Below the pieces are notes generated by a model. The model was not told the origin of the DNA. It was given only the letters and a program-made list of their open reading frames with translations, and made no database searches. Of a stretch of 64,000 nt of DNA, positions 19,519-29,836 are shown piece by piece; the first letter of the stretch is position 1, and the number at the start of each line of letters is the position of its first letter. Both the position numbers and the translations under genes were made by a program. The DNA is from a virus (Duplodnaviria; Caudoviricetes). The stretch spans positions 1 to 64,000 of the IMG/VR virus record IMGVR_UViG_3300020183_000042; one strand, given 5' to 3'.

Positions 19519-20010
19519 TTAGTTAGTTAAGTTTTTCCACTGTTCTGGATCAGGTCTATCTTTATCTCCTGGTTTGGCTGGTTTATATTTTTTACCCATT
19601 TTTTCTTTTTTCTTGCGGATATTTTCCCACAAGCCTGGAAGGTTTTTTCCTGCTTCTGCTCCTTCTGTATCGGTTTCGCTTTCACTGAACATGAGAAAAT
19701 TGTGAATGGTCAGCATGTAATCTTCTGTTACTGCGATTTTACCTTGTAACCAACTTTCTGTCAAGCCTTCTTTTACGGATGGATTGTCTATAGCATCCAC
19801 TATTGCTTGAGCGTGCATCGCTATAGATTTGATAGATCCTAGACTCATTTCATAAAAATCATACTTGTACTCCATCAATTCCATCTCTGGATTTTCTTCT
19901 TCCATATCCTCAACCTCTGTAAAATCGCCATCTTCCGCTTTAGATTTAGTACCAAACTTATCCGTCAACTCTTCATTGATAGCATTTAAGATGTCATTAA
20001 TACGATCCAT
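19519..20010 (-). CDS. hypothetical protein (acidic N-terminus, basic C-terminus)
   Basis: ESWLQGKI and GLWENIRKKKE motifs typical of large-phage proteins. Confidence 0.65.
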   Translation of the reverse strand: MDRINDILNAINEELTDKFGTKSKAEDGDFTEVEDMEEENPEMELMEYKYDFYEMSLGSIKSIAMHAQAIVDAIDNPSVKEGLTESWLQGKIAVTEDYMLTIHNFLMFSESETDTEGAEAGKNLPGLWENIRKKKEKMGKKYKPAKPGDKDRPDPEQWKNLTN

Positions 20011-20689
20011 TGTATTGCCTCTTTAGTCTGGGGTGTAAAATCTTAAAAAGATGATCACTTAAAAGTATACCAGCATCACAATCCGATTGATAGTGAACCC
20101 CTTGCATAATTCTTGATTTGGTTGTTTCTCCCACTATTTGTGATAATAAGTATTTATGTTGTGGATATATATCGGCTAAAATACTAGCTCCAAGATTAGT
20201 ATACACCACATGACCAGAAGGATATGATGGAGTATGATGAGTTTTTGTTTGTATAACATCAATATCCAAATTATAAATTTGAGCCAAATTATATGGTCTA
20301 ATTCTATTAAAGTAGAATTTAGTGTTAAAAATAAAGGGCTTTACAATATTGTAAAATTCTTTGAAATAATTGAATGGAAACTGTATCCCAAGTTTATCTA
20401 CTAAATTATATATAAGATAATTAGGACTATCATCTATATCATAGATAAGTTTAATATCGTCTGTGGAACGAGTATGTGTCTGCTTAACAACATAATTAAG
20501 TTCTCTAAATGTGGACGAACTAGAGTTCAATAAAGGAGGATTTAATATGTTCTTCCATTCGATATCTTTGGCAATATCGGGAATTGTATATTCTATATTG
20601 TAGTCAGCATAAACTAAACTATTAATATCTTTAGAAATATATATTTGATTAATTTCTGATAATATTTTATAGTGGCGATTCATTACCAT
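19997..20689 (-). CDS. PAP2-superfamily phosphatase/haloperoxidase-like protein
   Basis: KFYFNRIRP, PSYPSGH, SRIMQGVHYQSD. Confidence 0.85.
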   Translation of the reverse strand: MVMNRHYKILSEINQIYISKDINSLVYADYNIEYTIPDIAKDIEWKNILNPPLLNSSSSTFRELNYVVKQTHTRSTDDIKLIYDIDDSPNYLIYNLVDKLGIQFPFNYFKEFYNIVKPFIFNTKFYFNRIRPYNLAQIYNLDIDVIQTKTHHTPSYPSGHVVYTNLGASILADIYPQHKYLLSQIVGETTKSRIMQGVHYQSDCDAGILLSDHLFKILHPRLKRQYNGSY

Positions 20690-20698
20690 CCCCGTAGT

Positions 20699-21367
20699 TC
20701 ACCATGCTTTACAAGACCAATATCTTGCTTTCCATTTGGGTCCGGGATTATCACAATTATGTCTGGCTCTAAAACTTTTGCGTCTGGATGGTATATTCTT
20801 TTTGATCTTCATATTAGGATCACCAAAATTCACTTTCACAACATTACCTTTTTCATTTTTCACATAAACACTCATTTTTTTAGGACCACCAGGGGTTCTA
20901 AAGGGTTTATTTAAGGTAACTTTTCTACCTTGATATTCTGAAGCCTTACCTTGATAAACTAGGTATCTTTCATCTTTTTTATAGTTGCCCATTCTATCAT
21001 AATAAAATAATTCAAATGTTTTAGGATCCATATACTTATACTTGGCATCGCTGTCTAAATCAGACAGATCTATTATTTCCACTTCTTCTTCCATATCTAT
21101 ATATTCATTGCTTTCTGGAATAATAATATCCGATAAAGCAATTTCTTCTACAAAACCACAATCATCGCAATCGTTATATCCTATAGAAAATCCAAGAATT
21201 TCTAACACATTATTTAATAAGGAATTTTTTGATTTATTAGTTTGTCCTATACATATTGCGGCTCTTTGTTTAGAATCTGGATATTCTTTTTGCATGGTAT
21301 TATTGCCCATACAACGAGATATAAATTTTTGTTTATCTTCATTTTGATTTGGACTAGGAATTGGCAT
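20699..21367 (-). CDS. conserved phage protein
   Basis: MPIPSP...FISRCM...QRAAIC domain fused to an EYQGRKVTLNKPFR...SFRARHNC...ARYWSC domain. Confidence 0.7.
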   Translation of the reverse strand: MPIPSPNQNEDKQKFISRCMGNNTMQKEYPDSKQRAAICIGQTNKSKNSLLNNVLEILGFSIGYNDCDDCGFVEEIALSDIIIPESNEYIDMEEEVEIIDLSDLDSDAKYKYMDPKTFELFYYDRMGNYKKDERYLVYQGKASEYQGRKVTLNKPFRTPGGPKKMSVYVKNEKGNVVKVNFGDPNMKIKKNIPSRRKSFRARHNCDNPGPKWKARYWSCKAW

Positions 21368-22439
21368 GATAACTACCATTCTGTAATAGGGTTTCGTTAA
21401 TAATATTAGCAGTATTAGTCCAGCTATATTTCTGTGCTGTAGCCAATCCTCCTCGATTTGATCTGATGTTATTCTGATACACATATTTCATATAATGCAC
21501 AGTTTGTTCTAGTTGATCGTCTCCCAATTTGGCCCAATTACCTTGACCAAAAAACCATTTTCCATCATTAGCTGGTTCTGTTTCATCAACAGAAATTAAA
21601 AAAGCATTATTATCATTACAATATTCTGTATGAGCAGAATAGAAGGTCGTGATGATTGGTTTATCTAAAGCCATACTTTCCAGAATTTCATTGTTCCAGC
21701 CCTCTGCTCTAGATAGGAAAACACCACAATCGCACCTATATATAAATTCAGCCAAATGATATTGTGTGGGTAGTTTACTATATACTTTAATTTTATCTTT
21801 TAGTTTAGATTGTTCTACCAAATTTAGCCACTGATTAGTTTCTTCATCGTTTAAAAATGGGTTGTGAGGCAATAACCATAATTCTACATCGTCCTGTTCA
21901 TTAAATGATAAATCAAAAGCCTTTATTAGAAGATCGTGACCTTTTCTTAGTTCCCATTTGCCAATATGAAAAAATATATACTTATTATTATTGAATCTAA
22001 TTTTGGGTGGACTATTAAAGATTGTCAAATCAACCGCCAAAGGAGACACATAAATCGGAGTGTTTATACCGTTGTTCTCTAGTATTGTTTTACCCCATGT
22101 CGATGCTGTAAAAATAAAATCAGGATATTTTAAATGATGTTTTTCTCTATCTGTAAAAGTATCTAGTTCAAAAAATGGAAACGCATAATAATGCCCCTTA
22201 CCTATTCTGGAAGCAAGATCATGTTGGTGCCATATTTTTAAACACGGGGCATCATAATCGAATTCGCTACTATTTTTCAGATAATTTTGTACAATAGACT
22301 TATCTGTTTCTGAATTAACTTCGACATTTGTTCCTATAGGGAATAATGCTATATTATTATTGAGATTCTTCATAATGTTTAGTGAAGTAATCCCATACCC
22401 AGTACTATTAATTGTACAATTTAAATTAAGATTTTTCAT
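21354..22439 (-). CDS. GT4-family glycosyltransferase
   Basis: STGYG, GKWELRKG, SRAEGWNNEILESMA (EX7E). Confidence 0.85.
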   Translation of the reverse strand: MKNLNLNCTINSTGYGITSLNIMKNLNNNIALFPIGTNVEVNSETDKSIVQNYLKNSSEFDYDAPCLKIWHQHDLASRIGKGHYYAFPFFELDTFTDREKHHLKYPDFIFTASTWGKTILENNGINTPIYVSPLAVDLTIFNSPPKIRFNNNKYIFFHIGKWELRKGHDLLIKAFDLSFNEQDDVELWLLPHNPFLNDEETNQWLNLVEQSKLKDKIKVYSKLPTQYHLAEFIYRCDCGVFLSRAEGWNNEILESMALDKPIITTFYSAHTEYCNDNNAFLISVDETEPANDGKWFFGQGNWAKLGDDQLEQTVHYMKYVYQNNIRSNRGGLATAQKYSWTNTANIINETLLQNGSYHANS

Positions 22440-23529
22440 ATATTTTATTGTGAGTGTTGTTAACTTGAATGAATGTTGTTTTTTTACCAAAGTCTTTAAT
22501 TTTATTTGCTCCTATATATGTACAAGCACTACGAATGCCACCATAAATATCTTGTATAATTTCTGATACTAATCCTTTGTATGGTACAATAACAGATTTA
22601 CCTTCTGCTGTTCTATAATTTGCAACTCCATCATGGTGTTTATCCATAGCGTCTTTACTACTCATTCCATAGTATTTTAAGGACACTTTTCGCTTTATAT
22701 TATTATCTTGAGGATCTATTGGTTGCCAAGTTCCTAGACTAGCTTTATATTCATAAAACCATTCTCCTTCACATTCGTCGCATCCGGCAAACATACTTCC
22801 TAACATTACAAAATCACTATTCGCCCCAAACGCTTTACAAACATCTCCAACGGTTTTGCATCCTCCATCGCTGCAAATGTGTCCACCAAGACCATGAGCA
22901 GCGTCCGTACATTCCATCACAGCGCTCAGTTGAGGATATCCCACGCCCGTTTTTAAACGAGTGGTGCATACGCTACCTGACCCTATACCAACCTTGACTA
23001 TATCGGCCTTGCCGTGAATAATAAGTTCTTCCACCATTTCAGGCGTTACCACATTTCCTGCCATTATAATAATTTCTGGAAATAGTTTGCGAATATGTGC
23101 GGCTGTTTTCACAAATTGTTCGGTATATCCATTTGCAATATCCAAACACACATTGGGAATATAGCCTCTGCTAAGTTCTACGGTTTTAAAAACACGCTCT
23201 AGTTTTTCTATATCTTTTTTGGATGTGCCTGTTGAATACCAAATATAATCAGTTCGTTTAACAAATAAATTAACTAATACGTCTTCATCATAGTGTTTGT
23301 GTAAGCACGTTATCGCTTTATGAAGCGATAATGATTGCGCCATATTAATGGTTCCAACAGTATCCATGTTGGCCGCAACGATTGGAACACAACTTAGTTC
23401 TCGGGGACTATGAACAAATCTGAATGAACGATGTAGATCGACTTCTGATCGACTCTTTAATACTGAGCGTTTTGGTCGAATCAAAACATCATCGAAATCT
23501 AATTTGATTTCATTAATTATTTTTTGCAT
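22426..23529 (-). CDS. guaC: GMP reductase
   Basis: LDFDDVLIRPKRS, AANMDTVG, DIANGY, KVGIGSGSVCTTR, YYGMSS, RSACTYIGA. Confidence 0.93.
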   Translation of the reverse strand: MQKIINEIKLDFDDVLIRPKRSVLKSRSEVDLHRSFRFVHSPRELSCVPIVAANMDTVGTINMAQSLSLHKAITCLHKHYDEDVLVNLFVKRTDYIWYSTGTSKKDIEKLERVFKTVELSRGYIPNVCLDIANGYTEQFVKTAAHIRKLFPEIIIMAGNVVTPEMVEELIIHGKADIVKVGIGSGSVCTTRLKTGVGYPQLSAVMECTDAAHGLGGHICSDGGCKTVGDVCKAFGANSDFVMLGSMFAGCDECEGEWFYEYKASLGTWQPIDPQDNNIKRKVSLKYYGMSSKDAMDKHHDGVANYRTAEGKSVIVPYKGLVSEIIQDIYGGIRSACTYIGANKIKDFGKKTTFIQVNNTHNKIYEKS

Positions 23530-24052
23530 TGAAGAAATACCATCTATTGTGAGAATTTATTTCTGACCATGAATTAATATGTATTACATACTCTTTGACT
23601 TGATCCCACGAAGAAAATATCATTTCATGAGGAATAGTTCCAAATAGCCAATCTGGGGCGTGTAGCTTACCCTGCACCATATGTATGATAATAGGCTTTT
23701 TCTGTCTGTTGGCCCAAAAAATTTCTTCGTATGTGCCACACGGATGAATATCTAGATCTAAATTAACTATTAAAAAATCACTAATATCTACGAGTCTTAA
23801 GTCTACGGATCGTATAACTTTCATTAACTGGGACAGTTCATCATAGTTTTTTTCTAGTTTGAGTTTGATCTTGTGTTTATGGGTTTGTTCATCTTCTTGA
23901 CCAACAATAGTAGGTTTTTTAATAGGATTGAAAACAATGACTCCTAAATCTTGTAAGAACGGAGTAATATCATCTCTCCATCCACTCCCCCTATCATGAA
24001 CACGATCCATAGCGCCAGCTAAATAGACTCTTTGATTTTTTAAACGATTCAT
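23513..24052 (-). CDS. nucleoside 2-deoxyribosyltransferase-like protein
   Basis: VYLAGAM, WR, FNP, DL...SD, GTYEE. Confidence 0.7.
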   Translation of the reverse strand: MNRLKNQRVYLAGAMDRVHDRGSGWRDDITPFLQDLGVIVFNPIKKPTIVGQEDEQTHKHKIKLKLEKNYDELSQLMKVIRSVDLRLVDISDFLIVNLDLDIHPCGTYEEIFWANRQKKPIIIHMVQGKLHAPDWLFGTIPHEMIFSSWDQVKEYVIHINSWSEINSHNRWYFFNAKNN

Positions 24053-24055
24053 ATT

Positions 24056-24124
24056 TTACTTTTTAATCTGTTCCAAACCATTAAAGATACCAACTATTAT
24101 AGCTAAAGCAACTAGAATTGTCAT
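24056..24124 (-). CDS. possible 22-aa hydrophobic peptide
   Basis: MTILVALAIIVGIFNGLEQIKK; ATGA overlap; fills the gap. Confidence 0.35.
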   Translation of the reverse strand: MTILVALAIIVGIFNGLEQIKK

Positions 24125-24339
24125 GCGACACTCTCTATGTGTTCTGATGAAAGTAACATAGTTTGAGAGGGATTTAGAAAAAGATTAAAATTGTTATCTT
24201 TAGAAAATATATCGTGATGAAACATCACATGCTCACAATCATCTCCACTATAATTACCTATTAAAAAAAAATTAGTTTTATAGATCGCCATGCCTCCAAA
24301 TCCACTATTTATTCTAATCGGATCGGAACCGACCGGCAA
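24121..24339 (-). pseudogene. C-terminal fragment paralogous to the upstream glycosyltransferase
   Basis: NSGFGGMAIYKT...YSGDDCEHVMFH matches NSAFGGMTIYKT...YSGEDCEHVTFH of 24350-25204. Confidence 0.7.
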
Positions 24340-24349
24340 GATATGTGTT

Positions 24350-25204
24350 TCAAACCAACATTGTTTGAGATGGGTTTAAAAATAATTCAAACTCAGGATT
24401 ATTATTGTATATACTATGATGAAATGTAACATGCTCGCAATCTTCGCCACTATAAGTGCCAGATAAATAATACTGAGTCTTATAGATAGTCATACCACCA
24501 AATGCGCTATTTGCTTTTATTATTGGTGATCCTATTGGTAAAATCCAAAAACCAAACCATAACATTTGATTGTATTGATTTAAAGTTGATGGTTGAAATT
24601 CCCAGTCATGCCACCAAGTTCCTCTGTAAGCCCAACTATCATAATTCCAAATCATAAGTTGATCTTCTTCTGGTGTTAAATATTTTAGCTCAAAACTATT
24701 ACCAGCCATAGCACCTATATGTTGATTATCATTAAACCACCCAAAAGAATTATATATACCATTAATTTCTATTTGTTTAAAATCTGTATCAAAAACAATT
24801 ATAAAATCATAATCATTAAAATAGTTTGCTATATAGTTTTTTAATATATTTCTATATTCAGCTAGTGCTATTGTTCTGTTTTTATCTTTTACAGTTCCAA
24901 ACTGTGGTCTATTGTATGTGTGCGATATGATCTCAATATTAGAGTATTGATTTTTTAAATTTTCTAATTTTAATTTAGTATTATCTTCAGAATCATTTTC
25001 AAATAATATTATATTAAATCGACGACATTTATTATTAAATATTTCTTGTATAGTATTTATATTATTTTCTATGATATTTTCCACAGATCTACAAAGACCA
25101 ACTAAAGCAATCTTTTTATCTTTTAAAAAATTTAATCCACTATTTATTTTTTTTAGATAATCTTCTTTGTAAGAATCATGCAAAATAAGATTACGTGTGT
25201 TCAT
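24350..25204 (-). CDS. glycosyltransferase (CAP59/GT69-like GT-A)
   Basis: ENDSEDNT, LAEYRN, FDTD, YDSWA, SAFGG, CEHV. Confidence 0.75.
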   Translation of the reverse strand: MNTRNLILHDSYKEDYLKKINSGLNFLKDKKIALVGLCRSVENIIENNINTIQEIFNNKCRRFNIILFENDSEDNTKLKLENLKNQYSNIEIISHTYNRPQFGTVKDKNRTIALAEYRNILKNYIANYFNDYDFIIVFDTDFKQIEINGIYNSFGWFNDNQHIGAMAGNSFELKYLTPEEDQLMIWNYDSWAYRGTWWHDWEFQPSTLNQYNQMLWFGFWILPIGSPIIKANSAFGGMTIYKTQYYLSGTYSGEDCEHVTFHHSIYNNNPEFELFLNPSQTMLV

Positions 25205-25833
25205 TATTTAATAACCTTGTTTAAAGTATTTTGAATATTTACTAATCTTTCGGTATCATATGGAAATACTCCACAAGGATGATAAACAAAATCGCCTTCT
25301 TGCCAGTGTGATCCTGGATCTCCAGGCCCATTTCCTGGTTTATTCCAAACGCAAGAGTTAAAAGATCTTAGAGGAGCTACTGTCATAATATCACCAAGAT
25401 TATTTTTATTTGCCGCTAACCAAGTTTGCCACCCACAAACCAATGGTTCCCAAGATGCTTTGTTTTGAGTAATAGCTGTTAAAATAGCTTTGCTTTCATT
25501 AGTATTTTTCCAAACTATAGATCCACAATTAATCAAATTCCATGGTACTATGCCTTCTTCACAAACAGTCATATGCGGACCCAAGCATTCTAATTCCTCA
25601 ATTTTTATATTCATATTAGTAATTAATGTATCAGCATCCATAGTCCATAATACATCATACATATTTAATAAATTTATTAACGATGCCATACCAGCAACTA
25701 TACTTTTATATGGTTGATTATTGACTATTAAAGAATAATTATGCTTAGTACAATATTCTAGTTTATTAGGATTTGTTAATCTAGCCATAGGCTCTATTTC
25801 TTTAGACACATTAGTAAAAATCGCAACTCTCAT
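25204..25833 (-). CDS. GT34/Mnn10-like nucleotide-diphospho-sugar transferase
   Basis: KLEYCTKHNY, WTMDAD, INCG, WQEGDFVYH. Confidence 0.7.
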   Translation of the reverse strand: MRVAIFTNVSKEIEPMARLTNPNKLEYCTKHNYSLIVNNQPYKSIVAGMASLINLLNMYDVLWTMDADTLITNMNIKIEELECLGPHMTVCEEGIVPWNLINCGSIVWKNTNESKAILTAITQNKASWEPLVCGWQTWLAANKNNLGDIMTVAPLRSFNSCVWNKPGNGPGDPGSHWQEGDFVYHPCGVFPYDTERLVNIQNTLNKVIK

Positions 25834-25886
25834 TATAATTCTTTTATATATGGGCCTGACAGTTAAATTGTAGTATCTGTAGAAGT

Positions 25887-26996
25887 TTAAACATTATATA
25901 TATTTTTTACAGTATTATTAGGCAGTAAGTCTTGGTTTATTAGGTTGTTTATATCCAATAAAAAACTATACAATGTTTTTTTATGTTCTTCTACTAAATT
26001 ATTAAAATTTTCTTTAGCATTTTTAATCGTATCTCTGGCATGTTCTATTTCTTGTTTATCATTTCCATATGCAATACCACTATCAAATTCAACATTATTA
26101 TATTTTAATATTCTCGATGATAAGAATTGTTTTTTATCTATACCATCCACAGGATGTAACACTGTTATACATCCACAAAGCGGAGCCATAACTGAGTAAA
26201 ATGTATTAGGATCATAGCAATAAAACTTATCACAATTGTTAAATATTCCAATGATTGGTATTGATTTTTTTTTATTATAATGCGTATCTAAACATATGTC
26301 TTTTCGACTATGATAAGTCTGGATTTTTTTATGAAAAACACCAGGAGCGCAGTGATTAATTTTTTTATAAGCATAACAATTACGGTGTCTGTCACTAGTA
26401 TTATAATTCTTAATATAAGGATCAATCCATAAATTGATCAATTGTTTTGAGTTAATATTTTTGTTTGGCTCCCAGTGATAAACCAAATCGTTTTTGTTCC
26501 ATGTAAAAATTTGTTCTTTTCTAGTATCTATTCCTAACTCTAATAAAATCCATCTAATACAATATCTAGAATTAAGTGGATTACCACCCATAACTTCAGG
26601 ATATATAACTATAGTTTTATCATCTATTAAATTTGGATTAAAAAACTTGTCACAAAATATATTATCATATTTTTTATAGTTATAGCTATACAAAAGAATT
26701 TCAAAATTATCTGGGGCTATTTTTTTAAGTGTTTGTGCTAAATAATGTAATACTATTACTCCGCCACAGGATATATCTAATTCTGGAGTATAAATAACTA
26801 TCTTAATTTTTTCTTTATATGAACTATCTATACTATTAGTGACTTTATCATCAGGATTCATGTTATTATGATTATAAATTAATTGGTCATAATATTGATT
26901 TCTTAAAAAATACACATCTTCGATATGATTAAAAACAGGCGGTGGTTTTTGGAATTTAAGAGTCAAAATTTCTGGATTATAGTAAATTCTAGACAT
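25887..26996 (-). CDS. WavQ-like putative glycosyltransferase
   Basis: GGVIVLHYL, IVIYPE...GNPL...RWIL, YD...APLCGC. Confidence 0.55.
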   Translation of the reverse strand: MSRIYYNPEILTLKFQKPPPVFNHIEDVYFLRNQYYDQLIYNHNNMNPDDKVTNSIDSSYKEKIKIVIYTPELDISCGGVIVLHYLAQTLKKIAPDNFEILLYSYNYKKYDNIFCDKFFNPNLIDDKTIVIYPEVMGGNPLNSRYCIRWILLELGIDTRKEQIFTWNKNDLVYHWEPNKNINSKQLINLWIDPYIKNYNTSDRHRNCYAYKKINHCAPGVFHKKIQTYHSRKDICLDTHYNKKKSIPIIGIFNNCDKFYCYDPNTFYSVMAPLCGCITVLHPVDGIDKKQFLSSRILKYNNVEFDSGIAYGNDKQEIEHARDTIKNAKENFNNLVEEHKKTLYSFLLDINNLINQDLLPNNTVKNIYNV

Positions 26997-28134
26997 GGTA
27001 TATAAAGTTTTTTATTTGATCACATACATAATCTACGTCTGCAATTGACATTCCATGATGAGCGCCGAGTAAAAATCCATTCCTCATTATAGTATCAGCA
27101 TTATCAAAAGGCTGTAAATAATTTCTATATACAGGATGTCTTGTAACATTACCAGCAAAAGTAACTCGTGTTTGAATATTTTTATTTTCTAAATAATGAA
27201 GTAATGTATATCGATTTTTATATTGCAAAGGTATGGCTAACCAATTCGGCTTAATTGAATCATCTGGTAATAAAATTTCTGGTATATCTTTTAAATTAGC
27301 AAGATATTTTTCAAAAATTTCTCTGCGATGTTTTTCAAACTGGTCAAATCTTTTCAGTTGAACTAATCCAAAAGCTGCATTAATTTCACTACTTTTAAAA
27401 TTATATCCTAAAACTCCATATAGGAATTTATAGTCATAACGAATACCATCTATATCATGATTAAATCTATCGTCCATATTTTCGGAGTTATCGCCTATTC
27501 TTCCCCAGTCCCTAAATTGCAAAGCTTTTTGTTTTAATTTTATATCATTATACATTACCATTCCACCAGCACCACAAGCGGTTATTACATGACTAGCATA
27601 AAAACTGGTTGTGCTAATGTCGCTGTCTGGAGTATTTGTCATTGTGTCCGCAGAATCCTCGATTAAAACAATATCATCTCGATCAATTACAGTAAGTTCT
27701 GCTTTAAGATTTTTCCAGTCTGGTTTGTTTCCAATAAGATTTGGTAACATTATTACTTTTGTATCATCTGATACCAAAGATAATATATCTTCTATACGAG
27801 CAACATAAGAATTTAATCCCACATCGCAAAACACAGGTTCTAGTCCTAGTTGTATTATCGGAGCAAGTGTTGTAGAGAATGTGCAGGCTGGTGTTATTAC
27901 TTTTGACTCTTTTGGTAATTCTAATGATGCTAATGCAAGCAAACAAGCAGAAGATCCAGAGTTAACAAATACGCCATATTTCTTGCCAAAGAAGCTGGAA
28001 ATTTTTTCTTCAAATTCTATAGATTTTGGTCCAAAACCTGCTAATATTCCATCCCTCAAGCATTCTGTAACAGCGTTTATTTCTTCTTCTCCATAAGATT
28101 CAAATTTATTTGGAGCATACCATATCTTTTTCAT
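26989..28134 (-). CDS. DegT/DnrJ-fold NDP-4-keto-6-deoxyhexose 3-dehydratase (RfbH/ColD-like)
   Basis: VNSGSSA, IEDSAD, SFYASHVIT (His at the PLP-lysine position), GYNFK. Confidence 0.8.
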   Translation of the reverse strand: MKKIWYAPNKFESYGEEEINAVTECLRDGILAGFGPKSIEFEEKISSFFGKKYGVFVNSGSSACLLALASLELPKESKVITPACTFSTTLAPIIQLGLEPVFCDVGLNSYVARIEDILSLVSDDTKVIMLPNLIGNKPDWKNLKAELTVIDRDDIVLIEDSADTMTNTPDSDISTTSFYASHVITACGAGGMVMYNDIKLKQKALQFRDWGRIGDNSENMDDRFNHDIDGIRYDYKFLYGVLGYNFKSSEINAAFGLVQLKRFDQFEKHRREIFEKYLANLKDIPEILLPDDSIKPNWLAIPLQYKNRYTLLHYLENKNIQTRVTFAGNVTRHPVYRNYLQPFDNADTIMRNGFLLGAHHGMSIADVDYVCDQIKNFIYHV

Positions 28135-28136
28135 AT

Positions 28137-28919
28137 TTATAAATCCATTAATATACGATAAGTCTGAAAAATTCTATTCTCTAATGTATCTAATTGTAGG
28201 CCCAGATCGGTGTGTTGACCAGTGTAATTATTGTCCAAACCATCATCACTTGTTTGAATATTGACTTTATTAGACGATAATGTATTAATAATTTTCCCAA
28301 TATCATTTAGGCTATATTTAGTATTATAAACACAATTAATATGTTTTGGTAAGTTATTTGTGCTCAATAAATAATGCTCTAAAATTTTAATAAAATCTTT
28401 CATATGAATAAAATCCATAAATTTATTTTTATGGATAATAATATTTTCTAATTTTTTATATCTTAAAATATTAGATTTTATAAATCTAGTATCTAATTCA
28501 TTATGGTCAAATATACCAAAAATTCTTAAGTTATAAAAATTATCATGACAATCTATTGATCTAGCTATGATTTTTTTGCTTAAACTATATGGTGTTTCGT
28601 GAGAGTAAAATTCTGCACCAGAACCTATATTAATTAATTTATTAAAATATTTTTTATGATCTAATAAATTATAATACATTTTTAAATTTTTTTCGATCTG
28701 ACTATTATTTTCTAGGTTTAGTCTACTGCCACCTTGAATAGCTGTATGTATTACAATATCAAAGTATTGATTTTTAAAAAAATTATGAACATCTAAGAAA
28801 TTTTCTAGATTAAAGTTTTTTCTACTAATTTGAAAAATTTCAAAATCAAATTGTAGACTTTCATATATTGATTTTGCTATATATCCATTACTGCCGGTAA
28901 GTAAAATTTTCTTTTTCAT
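28137..28919 (-). CDS. NAD-dependent epimerase/dehydratase
   Basis: TGSNGYIA, GSGAE, YSLSK. Confidence 0.85.
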   Translation of the reverse strand: MKKKILLTGSNGYIAKSIYESLQFDFEIFQISRKNFNLENFLDVHNFFKNQYFDIVIHTAIQGGSRLNLENNSQIEKNLKMYYNLLDHKKYFNKLINIGSGAEFYSHETPYSLSKKIIARSIDCHDNFYNLRIFGIFDHNELDTRFIKSNILRYKKLENIIIHKNKFMDFIHMKDFIKILEHYLLSTNNLPKHINCVYNTKYSLNDIGKIINTLSSNKVNIQTSDDGLDNNYTGQHTDLGLQLDTLENRIFQTYRILMDL

Positions 28920-29836
28920 ATTTTTAAGATAAACTTAGTTAAACCAGTGAGTGTTTCAAAATTTGTTTTATGTAAAACTATCGGATTAGTATAATAATAT
29001 TCAAATATATCTTTAATAAATGGCAATTTTTGAGGTATACCACCACTAAGTATAATAGTATAATGATCAAATAGAATATATTCCTTATATTGAATAACTA
29101 GAGTTTTTAATATAGAACTCAATAAATTATTTAATGTAAAACTATTTTCATTAATATTAAAAATACCACCACCACCAGAATACTTATGTGATTGTTCGAA
29201 AACATTTAAATCTATATTAAGTGAAGATTTAACTATATCTTCAATTTTAATTGATTTCATTAAATCAAATATATCTATATTTATTTCATTAAAAAATTTT
29301 GCAAATACTAGTAGTGCTCTACCAGCTGGAATATATTTATTTATTGTATTTTTTGTAATAACTTGTGATCCAGTTCCTATATTGATAACATATTCTTGAT
29401 CTTGAATATTCATACATTCTATTACACAATTAGTATCGCCCAGAGAGCTATAAAATATATGATCATTTAAACATCCCAAAGGAATAATATTATTGATATC
29501 ACCACCATGATGTTGATGAATATGATATGTTTTTTGGTCTATAAAAAGCTGGCTAATTAAACAATCTGGTTTTGATTGTTTTTTTAAAACTTTCCATGAA
29601 TAATATATATCATTAATCCATTCGCCCCCAAGAATACTACAGGATATAATATATTTACACTCCGGATAAATGTTTAGAATATTTAAAATTATATCTAATA
29701 ACTCTTGTTTAGATATAGTTTCAGATTTAGTAAAAGGAGAAGTTATACTTATCGTGGAGCTAATTTGATTAGTATTTTTATCAAATTTACAACACTTTAT
29801 AAAACTTGCACCAAAATCAATTAGTAAGTATTGCAT
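28916..29836 (-). CDS. FGGY/ASKHA-type sugar kinase-like protein
   Basis: LLIDFGASFIK, GDTNC, INIGTGSQV, LSGG. Confidence 0.65.
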   Translation of the reverse strand: MQYLLIDFGASFIKCCKFDKNTNQISSTISITSPFTKSETISKQELLDIILNILNIYPECKYIISCSILGGEWINDIYYSWKVLKKQSKPDCLISQLFIDQKTYHIHQHHGGDINNIIPLGCLNDHIFYSSLGDTNCVIECMNIQDQEYVINIGTGSQVITKNTINKYIPAGRALLVFAKFFNEINIDIFDLMKSIKIEDIVKSSLNIDLNVFEQSHKYSGGGGIFNINENSFTLNNLLSSILKTLVIQYKEYILFDHYTIILSGGIPQKLPFIKDIFEYYYTNPIVLHKTNFETLTGLTKFILKI

